From positions 21,631 to 85,630 of the forward strand of contig LPNZ01010610.1 in the NCBI GenBank assembly GCA_001655205.1: a DNA stretch of 64,000 nt, written 5' to 3'. Source of the DNA: Lenisia limosa. Lineage: Eukaryota; Protista; Breviatea. A model generated the notes under the pieces. It was not told the DNA's origin. It worked only from the letters and a program-made list of their open reading frames with translations, and did not search any database. Positions 29,901 through 44,100 of the stretch are shown here, one piece after another; positions within the stretch are counted from its first letter, which is position 1; each line of letters opens with the position of its first letter. Both the position numbers and the translations under genes were made by a program.

Positions 29901-32900
29901 CACGCACAGCACCCTTATGGGCCTCATAGCGATGCAAACAGTCGCCCGAGGCAAGATCGTGAACCTCAAGCCCGCCTTCCTTAGTGGCGACCTGCGGGGG
30001 AGTATAATTGGAAAATTTATGAAACAAAAAAAAACCCAAATCAACTCTGTTNNNNNNNNNNNNNNNNNNNNNNNNNNNNNNNNNNNNNNNNNNNNNNNNN
30101 NNNNNNNNNNNNNNNNNNNNNNNNNNNNNNNNNNNNNNNNNNCCCCTTGTCCGCCCCCAAACAGCATAATAATCAATGCAAGAAGCCCCCCCACCAGAAG
30201 ATGTTTTCCACCAGGTACGTAGGCAACATGGATGGCGTGACCGGTGACCAGAGTGCGAACACATTGCTTTTGCTGCCGAGATTAAAATGGCGCTTCAAAT
30301 GAAAAGGCAATAATTTCCCCAACCGCAAGTACTCATCCTCAGAAGACCTTCCCCCCATACAACGGTACTCCAGATTTTGACCTCAGTTGCTGATCCAGTG
30401 GCAATAAAAGCGCCGTCAGGAGAGTAGGCAACCTGACAGTGAGGGAAAGGAACAGAAGATCATGAAGAAAATAGTTCTTTTGTTACTTAGGTACCAAACC
30501 CCGCAAACCGTTCTCACGTCGGCTCTATGCCCAGGGAGATTAAGCATTGCAATTTCTTCAGCTGAGAACGACGGGTCTTTTTCCTCCTAAAGTGTCAGTT
30601 ATACGCAATGGAGGAAATTGAAGCCTAACGCTGCTGTTGAAGATATCCCTCACATTGCAGCTCGGGCTTCCCTACGGTCCGAAAAAGACCGTTTAAATAT
30701 CTATATTTATCGAGGATTTATTGGGAGATTCATTCTTTTTTGAGACCGTAGGGAGGCCCTAATTGCATCTCTACCACTATATTACCTTCTTGTTTTTCTT
30801 TGAGACCAGTTTCCAGCACTGCAACGAATTGTTGAGAAGTCCGCAGGCAACCTTTAAGAAGGAATATTAACGAAAGGGAGCGACTGATTATTATCATGAC
30901 CCCCTCCCCCAATAAAAAGACAAGAGCACGGGAAAACAATTGTGATACCCTCCCACAATGGTAGCCTTAGAAGTCTGTCTACAGCTGAGGGACACGACCT
31001 TTGAAGGGGACCTGAGGATGCAGATGGGCTTGATGGCGTCGGCGGCCTGGACCACGCGCATCTCATCAGCTGGGGGGTGAATGGAAATGGAGGAGAGAGA
31101 AAAAGGGGGGTCATCTTCGTTATTCTGAAAAAAGCAATCGCAATTCTATTGAGCAACATAAAAGGGTTCTAAAAAGGCCTTTCCACATTTTTAGGAGTAG
31201 TACTGCCCTCAGCATACTGATAAGAGCCTCTTTGATTTCCAGTCTTCTGATGCGTCTCTTCATTCTTCTCTTCGACTCCGCGTCGTCATGACACCTATCA
31301 ATTAGAGGGAAAAGGAAACCATGCACCTGCACCCAATATTCAGTAAAGGCAATGTTGTCCCCCCTCCCCCAACTTGAAGGCTTCAACAGTGCGATCAGCG
31401 TTGTGGACAAATAGGAGGTCTCCTTCATCGCTGAAGTGTAAACAATTAAACACACAGGTCAATTCAGCAAATAATTTCAAAGGCGTAGGGAATGAGTATT
31501 CGAAACCTCAATTCCACAGGTGACCACAAATAGCAATTTTATCAATATCGTATTATTCAGGGTTTCCCTAAGGTCCCAAAAAAGAAGGAAGCTCAAGAAA
31601 AAAAATTACCCTTTATAACAGTATGTTATAAAGGTGTGGCTTACCTGAATTGCACCGTAACGACACGTTCGTGAGAGGCACGCTCGAAGGAACCCCAGAA
31701 ATGAAGAATTTGCTGGGGTCAACTGTAAAAAAAAAAAAAAAAAAAAANNNNNNNNNNNNNNNNNNNNNNNNNNNNNNNNNNNNNNNNNNNNNNNNNNNNN
31801 NNNNNNNNNAGAAATAGACAGGCGCCCCCTACATCCTTTTCTTTGTTGTCGACAGTGGCGACAGAGGCCAACCAGGGTGTCATTTTCGAAGTTGCGCCTG
31901 AGCGTAAGACCTCAACCATGGCACATGCTCTCACATCACCAAAACAACCACGTCGTCGTACCTGAAGAGGACACATCAGTAAGGAAGGGGTTGTCCGCAG
32001 CTTTAGCACGTGCTTCGGCCCTTTCGGCCTCGTCTCGGTCTTTGTCTTCTTGCGTAACCTGCAAGATAAAGAAAAGCCCCATTGCATTTGAAATATACTG
32101 TGGGGTTCTGATAACTTTGTTATTTGAAAAAAAATAGGGAGAACAGCTGCCAATAGAATACAGGATGCCTCGCAGCAAAGAGTCATACCCCCCCCTCCAA
32201 CCTCCACGGTTTGTCTGTCAATTCGATACACACGAAGTTGGTGATCAGTAGAGCCGGTAATAATGATCGACTCGGTTGGATCCATTGAAAAGGACCAGAC
32301 CTGAAACGTCGGTAATTATATGAGTGGGGAAAGCAAACCCAGTACAATTAGGTCATCCCTCTTGAAGTTTTGAACACTCCCATTGTTAAAAGAGAAAAGT
32401 GGCTCTCCCACCTCCTTCGGGTGTCCCATCATGGTCTGGAAGCAGTGTTGCGAGTCCACATCCCAGGCTTTGACAAAGGTGTCCTTGGAGGCCGACAACA
32501 AGACGTTCTGTGAGTGAACCAGAGCCACAGCTAAACAATGGGTGAGATAATGCTATTATTGTGAAATACCAATGTCTCAATGGAGTGATGAGTTTTGGTA
32601 GACAGGAAAGGTAATTGCAAAAGAGGCATTGAAAGCAGCAGCATGGAACCGTTGAAGGAAGTATTTGCTGCCAGTATTCTTGCCACTCAATTTGTACAAA
32701 GTCTTCCACTCCCCATACCAGTGATCGCATCTTTATGTCCCTTGAATCTGTGGAGGCCTTGTTCAGCTACAACATCCCAAATAATAACATCGGTATCGCG
32801 AGATCCTTGGGTGTAAACAGTAATAAGGAAGAAGGAAGAGAAATCTATCAAAAGTAGAGTGGGAGAATACTCCTCCTAATCTGTTTCATTGCAGCATATC

Positions 32901-33489
32901 ATATACTATGTGAATATCAAAGAACGATAGACCAACTTTCGCCTAGGTTTGCCGCCTCCCCCCACAGACCTGACACCAGCCATGCGCCGTCGTGAACAAA
33001 TTTCATACATGTGATAGCCTTACGATGCCCGTTCAATACCACCATTTCGGTAGCTGAGGAGGGATAAGGATCAAGAACTGATTTATCTTAGCTTGAAGAG
33101 GAAAAGCACGCCAGACCATCAAGGAAATGATTAAACCAAAGCATGATCCCAATTAAAAACAACATTGTATCCCACCAACCAGTTGCAAACTCGAATATTC
33201 GGATGTAACCATCTTGATAGCCGATAGCAAGGAGCTTCTCGTCAGGAGAGAGGCACACGCAGGTTGAAGGGGAAGTCTCACCCCTGAAAACACGAATCTG
33301 AGAGGGTGAACAAAATTTTCGCTGGATCCTCTTTACCATCTCGGCTGTTTTGATATTCCAAAGCTGTACATGCTCAAGCGCAGAGGATAGGACGAAGTGA
33401 CCGTCTTTGGTCAACTGAACCTCTCCTTCTCGGGAAGAGATCACACCAAAGGATCCTTCTTCCTCGTAACGAAGATACGTTTTCACCAT
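26976..33489 (-). CDS. WDR3: WD40-repeat SSU processome protein WDR3/UTP12/DIP2
   Basis: [19 protein letters not shown]; [49 protein letters not shown]; C-terminal Utp12 region with GFNTAGL and a Lys-rich tail. Confidence 0.95.
28742..28827 (-). repeat. Introner-like repeated intron, copy 3 (in WDR3)
   Basis: 3' block agttgatttggggtttttgttcatacattttccaattttacccccccccag. Confidence 0.7.
29992..30051 (-). repeat. Introner-like repeated intron, copy 4 (in WDR3; 5' part lost in a gap)
   Basis: aacagagttgatttgggtttttttttgtttcataaattttccaattatactcccccgcag. Confidence 0.75.
30664..30759. mobile_element. MITE family A, copy 2 (96 bp, WDR3 intron)
   Basis: 16-bp TIRs gggcttccctacggtc / gaccgtagggaggccc. 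Further partial or decayed copies at about 31560-31585, 61420-61445 and 62014-62080. Confidence 0.8.
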
Positions 33490-33676
33490 CTTTATCGCGA
33501 AGAGAAAGCAAAAACAAAAAATCATCGCCATTTATTTGATTACTTTGATTACTTTTTTGCTTGTTAAAAAAAATCTCGGAAATAATCCTCTATTGATGTG
33601 TATCACGGAGTTATACGCATATAACTGAAAAGAAATAAATTATTGAATACCAATTGGGTCCGGGCCTATTTCCAGT

Positions 33677-35624
33677 ATGGATGAACAGGTCAATCAAAAG
33701 GCGAAAGCCAAGGTGAGCCCGCATTACAATTTACTTATACTCACTTATGTTAGTGGCTGAAAAGCTTCGACGAAGCAATGGAGTTTGACTCTTGGGGACA
33801 ACTTATTGAAGCATCTGAGGCCTATCGCAAGTTGGTATTGTTGTAATTTTTAAAAAATGGTTCTATCAAGCTATGTGGCGGATTTAACCTCTCCCACCCA
33901 CCCTCCTCTATATCATATTCCCAACCTTACAACGCAGACTTGCAGCAATGGTTCAGAGCTTTGAAGAGGAGTATGTTGGAGAGTCCATCCCGGAAGCAGA
34001 GCGGGTAAGAAGCGATTTCATTTCCACAGGGTCTTCTTTTTTCCTCACGCATTCAGACCCTGTTGAACCGTTTTGCGCTCGTGACACGTGTCAGAGCACA
34101 GGCAATCGAGGATGCTGAGGCTAGTATGGGGAATGTTGGATATAGGATTTGCAGGGTTTAGTATTCTGTCTGATAGTGGGTAGAAACAGATTAACACATC
34201 ATTACCATTTTTATTAACTGAAAGGAAACCAGTTGCAGTAGATTGTCTTGGTCTAAACATTCTTCGGACAATTTATTACCTTACCGATTTTCCCATATTA
34301 TAATTTTACGTTTCCTATTTCACTAATCTCTTCAGCATTTAGCCTGAATGACCTGCGTAAGGTGCGAATTGTTGTGGAAAACGCTTTCACCCCCACATCT
34401 CTCTCCTCCTCCCCATTTCCCATTGACTTGACCCCGTACCAAAGCCAACTTAACCGAACCACGTGAGTTGGAGTGCGGGGTATTTATTAACTCTGGAATT
34501 AGGTTCTTATCAAACAAAAAAACGCAGTTTTTTTTATATCGTATGTATCATTGTGTCACTGCAGTGCCTGGCTTCCTTCAAATTTCGGACATTTCCTTAT
34601 CCCGCTAGACCCACACACCAACACGACTCGAGTGACGATGAAGATGACCGAATTAACACCAAAGGAACACTCCTGCCAAGGCCGCCGCCGAGTGCCACTG
34701 GTGGGTAATCTGATCTTACTTTCAAATTATTATGGTGATATTTTGGAGAAAAATATGTTTACCTGATGAGCTATTTTTTTTTTTTTTTTTACCCAGCAGG
34801 TACACAAGTGTCTCTAATGATCACGAAGATTGGGCTCAAAAAAGCCTCACAGTACATTGAGCCTTTCGCCACAATATCCGTTCTTGGTGGGGAGCTTGTG
34901 GGTATGAACTAATACTCCCTAACGGGAGATATTAGTTCAATCAACGAGGCAAAAACTCTTTCTGGGAGTTGAATTAGAGGAAGACCATTAATTTTAATAT
35001 TCATCCATATTTGCCTATTTGACCGACAAGATGCCGCGGGAACCGTTATCGAAAAAGTTCAAGATACCCCAGTCATGCTTGAGAAGGAAGAAAACTACGT
35101 TCTTGGTTCCTGCGAAGTCCATTTACAGGTGTGATCCTAACCCCTCACTTTGTACTTCACTATTACTTTCTCTGGAACTGTTGTTAATTCTGGATTATTT
35201 TTGTGGTCTTTTAACTGAAGTGAAGTCCAATCACTGACAGTCGTATTAGTCAGAGTTTCTCACCTCGTAGACCGACTTAGAATCTTGGGGAACAGGTGCC
35301 TGCATAGCTCTTGAATTCAAGCACTACAAACCAAAGAAAGAGAAGGTTTCAACTAAGGCGTGGAGCTTCATGGATGTTGACAAGCTTCAAGCTGGTGATA
35401 AGACTCTTCAAATGTATGAAAATGTGTCCTTTGCTCTTTGGATCAATTTAGCAGCTTTCGAAGAACTACTGATTTTTTGCCATCTTCCTGACTTTAATTG
35501 TTGGAATAGTGATCATTGATCGTTTAGTTTCAAGAAGCCATTAGACCCAAGGAGACGAAAAACCAAACTCCTTAGTGTCAAGCCTCTTTACTGTCACGTA
35601 ACTGTGACTTTGAGGAAATCCTAG
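33677..35624 (+). CDS. AIDA: Axin interactor, dorsalization-associated protein (AIDA N-terminal + AIDA-type C2 domain)
   Basis: FDEAMEFDSWGQLIEASEAY; KGTLLPRPP; TKIGLK; EFKHYKPKKEKVSTKAWSFMDVDKL; KKPLDPRRRKTKLLSVKPLYCHV. These match vertebrate AIDA motifs. Confidence 0.92.
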
Positions 35625-35855
35625 GAGGTATGTATGTTATATAGGGTGTATTTTCTTGTTTATTCGTTTATTTGTACATGGGTTGATGTACTGTTTTTTT
35701 TATCTTTCAAACCTGTGCAGAATGTTTACGTTCTCTTTTGAAGTGTGAAATAGTTCCATCAAATAAATACCATATCTAATATACAAAGTCGGGAGTTTGA
35801 CTAGTTGCTATTGCCAGTTCGCCTAAGGTATTATTATGTGAGGAACGACCGCTCA

Positions 35856-36946
35856 TCAAACTTTCCCAACATACGATAAATGGCTGACAAGATCAACCCA
35901 GCCTTTACCCTCAGTATCATCAGGGTTCAGCTGGAGTTTTTTCTTTTGTTTCTTTGTGAGTGCCTAAGATTTGAGAAACAAAAAATGCGTATACACTCAG
36001 CGTTGATAAACGCCTTCGGATACACAATATTGCCGCGAAAACAGCGAAAATTATCAACCCTTGGCTGTACCTGCCTCTCCTTGATTGCAGATTTTGAGTC
36101 TTTTTCAGCTTGTTCATTTTCTGTCAGCACTGGGGCTGTTGGAGATGATGTTTTCTTCACCTCATCCTAAGATGTCAGAGGGGGGGGGGGGTNNNNNNNN
36201 NNNNNNNNNNNNNNNNNNNNNNNNNNNNNNNNNNNNNNNNNNNNNNNNNNNNNNNNNNNNNNNNNNNNNNNNNNNGTAACTCTCCATCATAAACAATCTC
36301 CTGAAAATCGCATCGAAGGGCCTCAACAATGGTAAACATCATGGGCATTCCAAGCATGTCTTCCGAACACTGCAACAGGTCAAAGCAAAAGGTCCCCTAT
36401 CCAAATTCTATGAAAAGCTGAGGCTGAGGTTGCTCTCCTGGTGATGCCCTGTGGTAAAAAGCCCAGCAACCTGTTCCATAAGGAAGTTAAGGATGTGCTT
36501 CTTCCTATGTGGAGAGAGCCTGTTGTTTTGGAACGCATCCAGGTTCAAGACCGGCGGCTCGAAGGGGTACATTTCGGGGATAGTCACGCCGAGTAGGAGC
36601 CAGAAAACCTTGGAGTTGGTGTCGGAGTAGTCTAAATGGTTTGTATTAATGACACGTAAGAATCTCAAGGATAATAAACCTTCTCAAAAGGCGGGCAATT
36701 TATAAATAGGAGGGTGTAACCGCCTGAACTCAAATATATTGCAGGGGGAAATACGACTGCTCAAGAAAGAAAGGTTTCCCATTCGCCTAATTTCCCCCTC
36801 CTACCAACATCATCTTCATCAATTGGTGCGATCTTGACCTGATAACTGGTGTTGCTGTCGGCAGTGTATATACCATCAATTCCCCAAATTGATTCCAGGG
36901 CTTCAACTTCCTCCTCTTGGAGCTCCAAAGCTTCTTCAGCAGACAT
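35856..36946 (-). CDS. RWDD4: RWD domain-containing protein 4-like
   Basis: ELQEEEVEALESIW; PEMYPFEPPVLNLDAFQNNRLS; LGMPMMFTIVE; C-terminal LTKKQKKKL...KGWVDLVSHLS, matching the RWDD4-specific tail. Confidence 0.85.
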
Positions 36947-37314
36947 TGGAGAGAAAACAGAGACTGTCGTGATAGATGAAATAGAAAACTGCCCAAATCA
37001 AACTTGACTTCTCTAACTTGGTATTTTATATTGTTGTGGCGTCAACAATCACGTTCAATATAAGAGGAGGAGACAAGGATTACTAAGGTGTGTAAGGTGT
37101 AAAAGGAGGAGAGAGGCGGGGCTGGCGGGCCGGGGCGGGGTGTAATATTTATTTTTCGAAATCTCTCTATCTCTCTATGCCTCGACAGTTTCTCTATATC
37201 AGCCCCCCAGCCCAGCCCAACCCAGCCCCCCCTCTTCTTACTCTCTTTAGTGCAATCGAGAAGAAAAAGTTTAATAATATAATTGAATTGAGTTGGAACC
37301 TGACGCTTGACAAC

Positions 37315-38350
37315 ATGGGAGGGGTGTGATGGTATTGAGATAGTTAACATTTTCAATGTTTTTTTTGTTTTGTTTTTGTGGAGAGCCTTACCACTTAGGA
37401 CGTGTATCAAGCCGATTTCTTCCCTGAGTCACCAAATACCGTTGATCTCACAGGTAATATTTTCTATTTTGTTGCATTAGTCAAAATTACAGGCTGCTGT
37501 CACCTTTGGGCCAGTACATCAAAAGAAGAGAACTGTGTAGAGAGCCTCAGGGATGAATCTATGTCAACGTTTTGGCAGAGTGAGGGCAAAAATGAACACT
37601 TCATCCAGGTTCAGTTCCCAAGCTGGGTCCATGTGAAGGTTAGTAACTATACCGTTCATGAATATACATACTCCATATAATACAAAGTATAGATTATTAT
37701 GACTTCAGTACTTTCTGCTATTACAACTCTAGTCAGTTGGTGTTTTAGCCCCCCTTGACTATCATGAGAGCTACACCCCAAGGTGCGTAGCTTATCATAA
37801 TATATCATATACATCATATGTAGAAATGGAAGCAATCGCAAATATATCAAGCGAGTTATTTCAAATACTGGGGGTATACTACCATCTTCTGAACCTAGGG
37901 TTATAAATATATCTGAACGTAATCTATCAAGCTAGTGTTTTGAGTTACAGTGCAGGTGCTTTGCTCTTGTATTTGGTGATGAACCAGCATCCTTTCCGTA
38001 CCTCCAATTTGACCCGAAACTACCAGAATCAGCCTTGTTATATGAGGCCGAAATGCCCCCGCAAGACTGGACCATTTTCAACTATAGGTTTGACTTTTGA
38101 CGCGATACCTTCAGAATTCTGGCGCCTGTATAACCAATCTGATACAATGTAATAATAGTCTTTTAAGTGGAATTCTGGACAGTGTTTCTTATTTTTCGTC
38201 AGCGAAGCCCCTGTGGGCTGTTTTGGCTTTCGTATCTACTTCCGACATATGTTCCGACTTGGCTTGAACTGCCAGGTAACAAGAATCACAATTAGGGGCT
38301 CCGTCGTACAAAGGTGGGCATCGGCTGAATATCTAGCTGTGGTATTGTAG
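37315..38350 (+). CDS. Small APC10/DOC-domain protein; ends approximate
   Basis: WASTSKEENCVESLRDESMSTFWQSEGKNEHFIQVQF; LDYHESYTP; FGDEPASF; GLNCQVTRITIRG, which together form the DOC domain signature. Confidence 0.75.
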
Positions 38351-38402
38351 GGGATTTGGATATTAACCTTATAGCGATGAAGCCCCTTCAAAGCTCAGGG
38401 GA

Positions 38403-40963
38403 CTAAGGTGACAAAACGACTCGCATGTGCTTTCTGATGTCACCAAATGTGTGGTGACTTTTCCTTTCAACCTCCATTTTGAAGTCGCTTATCTTTTTGT
38501 AACCTTTTTCTTTCAAAACCTATGCATTCATTCTACCCATACCATTCCTTAAATAAACATGACGGCCTAGTCCCTCTTCTTTGTATCTTGTCTCACCTAT
38601 TTTAATAAGAAAGGGAGAATGTAGAGAATATGTGATATTAGTAAACATGAAAAATGGTAATGAGCCCATTAAGCCGTCAATAGCAACAGTACCCTCCCTC
38701 CCTACTGAAGCCAGGAAAGTGAGTTTATCGTGATAGGCGGAACCAAAGTTCAGAGCAGGTACACCAAGTTCTTTGGCAATTGCCTAGGGTGTAACGGGGT
38801 GTTTTTTTGGCAGTATGCCGTATTCGCGACAACTACCACTCATACCAACTGAACATTTCTGGCATAGAGCTGAGGATCAGCCTTTTCTTCAGTAGAAGGG
38901 TAGTAAATTGGGAGGTAGGTGATCTCAGCTCTGTTGACAAACTGGCTTGCCATACGGAGAATATGCCTAATGATGTGTAATGGTCGAGAGGTCGAGAAAA
39001 GCAAGGGATTTTTTTTTTTTGGCTGAAGCTCGTATATCACATGATCCCTCAAATGCGACAATAAATAGAACTTTCTTGGTACCAAAAAGCCATGATTCAT
39101 TCAATGCCCCAAATGAACGTCGATCGAGTCCAACCCAGCCAATGAACATACCATCCAAACGGTGCCGACTCCCAGGTCAGCGAAAAGTTTTTGCAGTTGT
39201 AGTGGATGGCAACAGGCAAAACAGGCTCCCCACTAATGAAGCCGCCTGGGGAGGGATGAAGATTAATACATACAAAACACAATTAATTCAGAAACCTCCT
39301 CAAAAGCATCACAAACCTGTTTTGAATTGAAGGATATTTTCGCCGTTTGACGTGGTTCCTTCAGGGAATAGGACAAGAGGTGGCATTTTGCGACGGCTAG
39401 AAAGCGGTTTAGTGAAAGAGAACAGCGAATTAAAAAGAACAAAACATACAATATAATTACATTTCGTAATACAAAGTACATAAATGTGAACTCGGCTGCA
39501 TTGTCATTGGTTAAATAAATACATGTACATAGTCAATATATGCTTGTAGTAAATAATAATACATATCATATATTATACATATACATGTATAAAATATCAT
39601 ATGCTAGTTTGCCCCCCCCCCNNNNNNNNNNNNNNNNNNNNNNNNNNNNNNNNNNNNNNNNNNNNNNNNNNNNNNNNNNNNNNNNNNNNNNNNTAAGAAG
39701 TTAATACATGAAGAAGTCAAGGCTAACGCGGAGTCAAAAGTGGTCCATACCCAACTCACCGCCTTAGTACCAGATCGGTCAACGTAAATGGTTCGGAAGA
39801 GGGTGGCCATAATACCAAAAATTGGGATCTGCACACTGTCAGCAATAGGCAATAGTGCTAATAGTGTAGCTCTATCAGATATTAAATGATAGATTATATC
39901 TCCCGAGCCTCCTCCCCCCATCCCCTTCACAAACCGTTTTAACAGTGTGTTTGGAAACAAACGAAGGCAAAATAATGGACATCAAAAGAAGAATGTCTAG
40001 ATAGGACGTGTGGTTGGAAACAACTAAAAAAACATTACAAGCTCAAAAAAAAGAGAAAGGGGAGGAGAGGAGAGGGGTTGTATGGTGATGCACAATAAAA
40101 ACAAATAAGTATCAATAATTTCCCATTAGATATTGCGTAAATGCATCATGAATAACCCGAACAAATGTGTGTCACCCCCCCCCCCCCNNNNNNNNNNNNN
40201 NNNNNNNNNNNNNNNNNNNNNNNNNNNNNNNNNNNNNNNNNNNNNNNNNNNNNNNNNNNNNNNNNNNNNNNNNNNNNNNNNNNCTCCTTTGGTTTTGTAC
40301 TACGATTGGGAAAATTAGGGTATTATAACGCAGTCAAAAAGAGAAGATGATGTAAAAGGAATAAATACCCCTCTGGTAGTCTCAAACCTGATAAAAGGAG
40401 AAGAAGAACATTTGGATTCTTGAAGTGAGACGGTTGAAGTCCAGCAGCTTGAAGCGCCAATCTTCCATGTAAAAAAAAGGCAAAGCCACTTCTAATTTTC
40501 CAAAGACGTTCAACCCGGCTAACAAGGATATGTTTTGCACCATGACTGAGACATATCGTCGGGATCAGGATAGGGAACCCCAATATGCGCCAAGAATCCA
40601 GTCACATAACCGAGACAGCCGAAGAAGATGAAGAAAAACTATGGGGATTAAGGTAGTAGTCTTCGTAAGGGAACAAAAATGATAGAATTCACTGTATATT
40701 TCAAATGATACTCACTTATCTCAGGGTATCAAAAAATAGCATATAAGACAAGAAATATAGGCAAAAATAGGCTAAAAGTACTTGAAATACCATACCATTT
40801 TAAACGGCAAGAGGGGGAGGAAAAGGAAAATTTTTAACCAAGTATAAATCACTGCAGAGAGTCGTTGAGAGGGGTAGTCTGAGCGGAAGAAGCAATCCCA
40901 TTCTGGATGGATTTTCACAACTTCTTTGCGACTCATTTTCGAAAAGTCGCGAGTTTGGCTCAT
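38403..40963 (-). CDS. Lysophospholipid acyltransferase (LPCAT/LPEAT-type, PlsC domain); 3' end approximate
   Basis: VSNHTSYLD (HxxxxD); IPIFGIMATLFRTIYVDR; PLVLFPEGTTSNG; GEPVLPVAIHY; ITYLPIYYPSTEEKADPQLYARNVQ. Confidence 0.92.
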
Positions 40964-41145
40964 TTGTTTGAGGGTATCCTCTAATTAGTTAGAATGAGCC
41001 TTTTAGTCAATAACAAGCCTACCAGTAAGGAGATGGGCGTCCTTTGAAGTATTGTTGGGCTTGGTCATTGCAAGGCTTTTTGTCAAATACACCTAAGTGT
41101 CAAAATTCTACACAATGTCTAACATTAATTTGTTTCCGTGATGAA

Positions 41146-44100
41146 ATGGCAAATATTTTCAATTTCATAACAGATTCAACAAGTAGGGTTTATATAGCGG
41201 CTTTTGAAAAACCAACCGTCCAACCTTGGCCGTTTTATGACACAAATATATTTTGAAACAGTTCTGGAACAGTTGTTTAATCAAAACAAAGACGACAACG
41301 GTTATTTACTTCTCTCACATAAATGGCAGTTGAGCTATTCAGCTCTGAAGGCCTTCTTATCACCTCGCCTGAGCGACTACAAGCTGATTTTATTACTCCT
41401 GCTCAACTTCTGATCAAAACTTGGCAGCAGCTTGAATCCCTGTGTGGCCTGCTACGAAAGGTCAGTTTCCGACCGTTTTATTGATGTTAATCACAATGGT
41501 AGAACCCTAACCGCGTTAGAAGTACTCAGCACATTGCAATGAGGCACAGGCTTTGAATAAGGATATTGTAGTCAAGTATGGTCGATTGCTTCTTGAGGTG
41601 AGCAGAGTGGCACTATATTGCTTTAAAGCTCCACAATTTACCTGTTTTTCTTGAGATGTTTATCTCATCACATAATATGCAAACAATATTTATAATTGGG
41701 AATTACTCTTGGTACCTGCTTACTCTTCAGACAAAGAATGCTCGTGAATCCCTAAAGAGCTTGCTTACTACTTTAAACGATGCCAGAAACAGCAGCGCTG
41801 TTACTGATAGAGGTTCGTTGTATTTTTTTCATTATTTTTGCTTTATAAGGTTATTAACCTAACGCTGCTTAGATGGTCAAGGCCCATCATCCATTCTTGC
41901 TGGACAGGAATTCACTATCTTCTCAGCTCCGTTTCTGGCACTCTATTTCGACTCATCAAGTGTTGGTGCTGGGTTGCTTTGTAAATGAAACTGTATTTGA
42001 AAAGAACTAATATCAGGGTATTCTACAACTAAGTACATGTACAAAATAGTATTAATTTGGAAATTGTTGAAGAGAGAAAAACAAGACTTGTTTTTACAGG
42101 TCAGGTTCTCACTAGTCTTGATTTGGAGTCAAACCGCATTAGCTCTATTATTCAGTCTACTTTAAGCTGTAGGCTTGGAAAACCTGAGACAGGCTGTTTC
42201 TCTCTATATTACTAAATATTATCGCAACGCTTATTACGATTATTGACACAAAATCGCTCCTGTGGCCTCTAAATTGACTAGGTTTCTAATCACTTCGTGT
42301 TTATCGTACATACATTTTTATTCGGTTTGGTTTAACAATAAAATGTATCTTAATTCTGTGATATCTCTAGATACATCACAACACCATGTTAAATCTGCGA
42401 AGTTCTGTCTCAATCAGACCAATGTCTACGGTTCCCCTTCTAAATACGACTATCAGTCACGCCAGCCCATACCAAGTTTGTGGTGGAACCAGCAGTACGG
42501 ATTCATGGTGTTAAACCTAGTAAAATAGCATCGTATTCAGATTTATTAGAGGGAACCTTCTGTTTTCATTTCGAAAACAATCCAGCTCATCCCTCCCGCC
42601 CTTAATAGTAACTGCTTTGTAGAAGGGTCACGGCACGTCCCGAAGGTTGAGGACCGCCCGCCTCCTGGTATGTGGAGTGTTGTTCACCATCCTTGAAACA
42701 CCTGGGATACCTTCACTTATGTGCTATTTTATAGTACCACTGCAAATATTTATCATATGTAGGCCGGAAGCATGTTGCCACATCGACGATTTCGAGGCAC
42801 GATCGAAGCCATGCTGAGCCGCCAACCAAGACGGTGGAGCAGATAGTGGAGCCAAGCCCGATCAAGTCCCAACCCCCCATCAAGCCATTCGGAACTGGTT
42901 TGTGAATGGCCCTGTTGATAAAATAATTTACATGTATCGTTGTACTTCTTGAAAGAATGAAATCAAAATTAAAATTGGAGGTTTATTTTTTGAAACTTTT
43001 GCACTCTTTTTGATATTTTTGAGCTTTAGAGGTTCAATGTACACATTATTTTTTTTATATGTTGACAGAACCAAGCTCTGAATTGATAGGTTGAACCCTC
43101 ATATCTCCATCTACAACCCATTCTTCGAATCCTCTCTATCAGTTTACAATATAGGAGGACGGTTTACTCAGTCACGGTCTCTCTCAAGGTCATTAAAAGC
43201 GTCATCAAAGAACACCTCGTCAAGTGTATCATCAAAGCAATCCAAGTCATCAATCGGCACACACACCCCGCCGCCTGGTACGCCTGAATTGCTTGAATTT
43301 TGATTTTGAACATACGAGGTCTCTTTCTCACATCTCACCACAGGAACCCTTGCTTCGGACGTTATCGATTCATGGGCCTCTGAGACCTTCCAACCAACAA
43401 CGGCTGCGAACTTCCCTGAACAGGTATTCCCTGCTCATTGTAACGTTAAGCTCATATTGAGATGTAGTTGTCTTTTATCTCTTGATAGGATGTTAACTAT
43501 CTTCCATTTAGGATTCCATTGAATCTTTGCTCATAACTTGTAGACCAAACCGCTGCCGAAAGACATACTCTCGAGAAAACCGAAAAAGAAGGCGATAGTG
43601 GGTCTTCCGGACGCCCCCGCCAGTTTGGCCGATGTTGTGCAGGGAGTCATCAATAGCAAGAAAACAAAACCATGTCCCGGGTGCGCGCGATGCGTCCACG
43701 CTCGCCACTGCTCAGCATGTGACCAGGTTGGTAACGTGGACTGTGGAACACATAAATGATAAATATTACATTCCTTGATCATTTGTACTATGTATTTTCT
43801 TTATTCCATCTGTTACTACCTTTCATGCGTTTGATTTCTCCAGAAATCCAGAAAGCAAGCAAACAAAACCAAGGCCCTTCATTTAGCTCAGAATGAGGCG
43901 AAGGCGAGAGCTAATGGATATCACCGTCACTCTGGCCTCCCAGGCGGACAGGTTAGCTTCCAACCTTATTGTCCACCACCTTGTTTTTCCGTGGTGGAAC
44001 TGATGTACCACATGTGAGGAATTTTCTGTTTCATGGGTTTCTTATGTGTCATAATGGTCCCTTAGTATCTCTTCGGAGTTGACGGTCATGAGGTCTCTCC

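Noticed and set aside
42100-42160. Leucine-rich repeat (LTSLDLESNRISS)
   Set aside because: Single isolated match with no neighbouring repeats; not enough to call an LRR protein.
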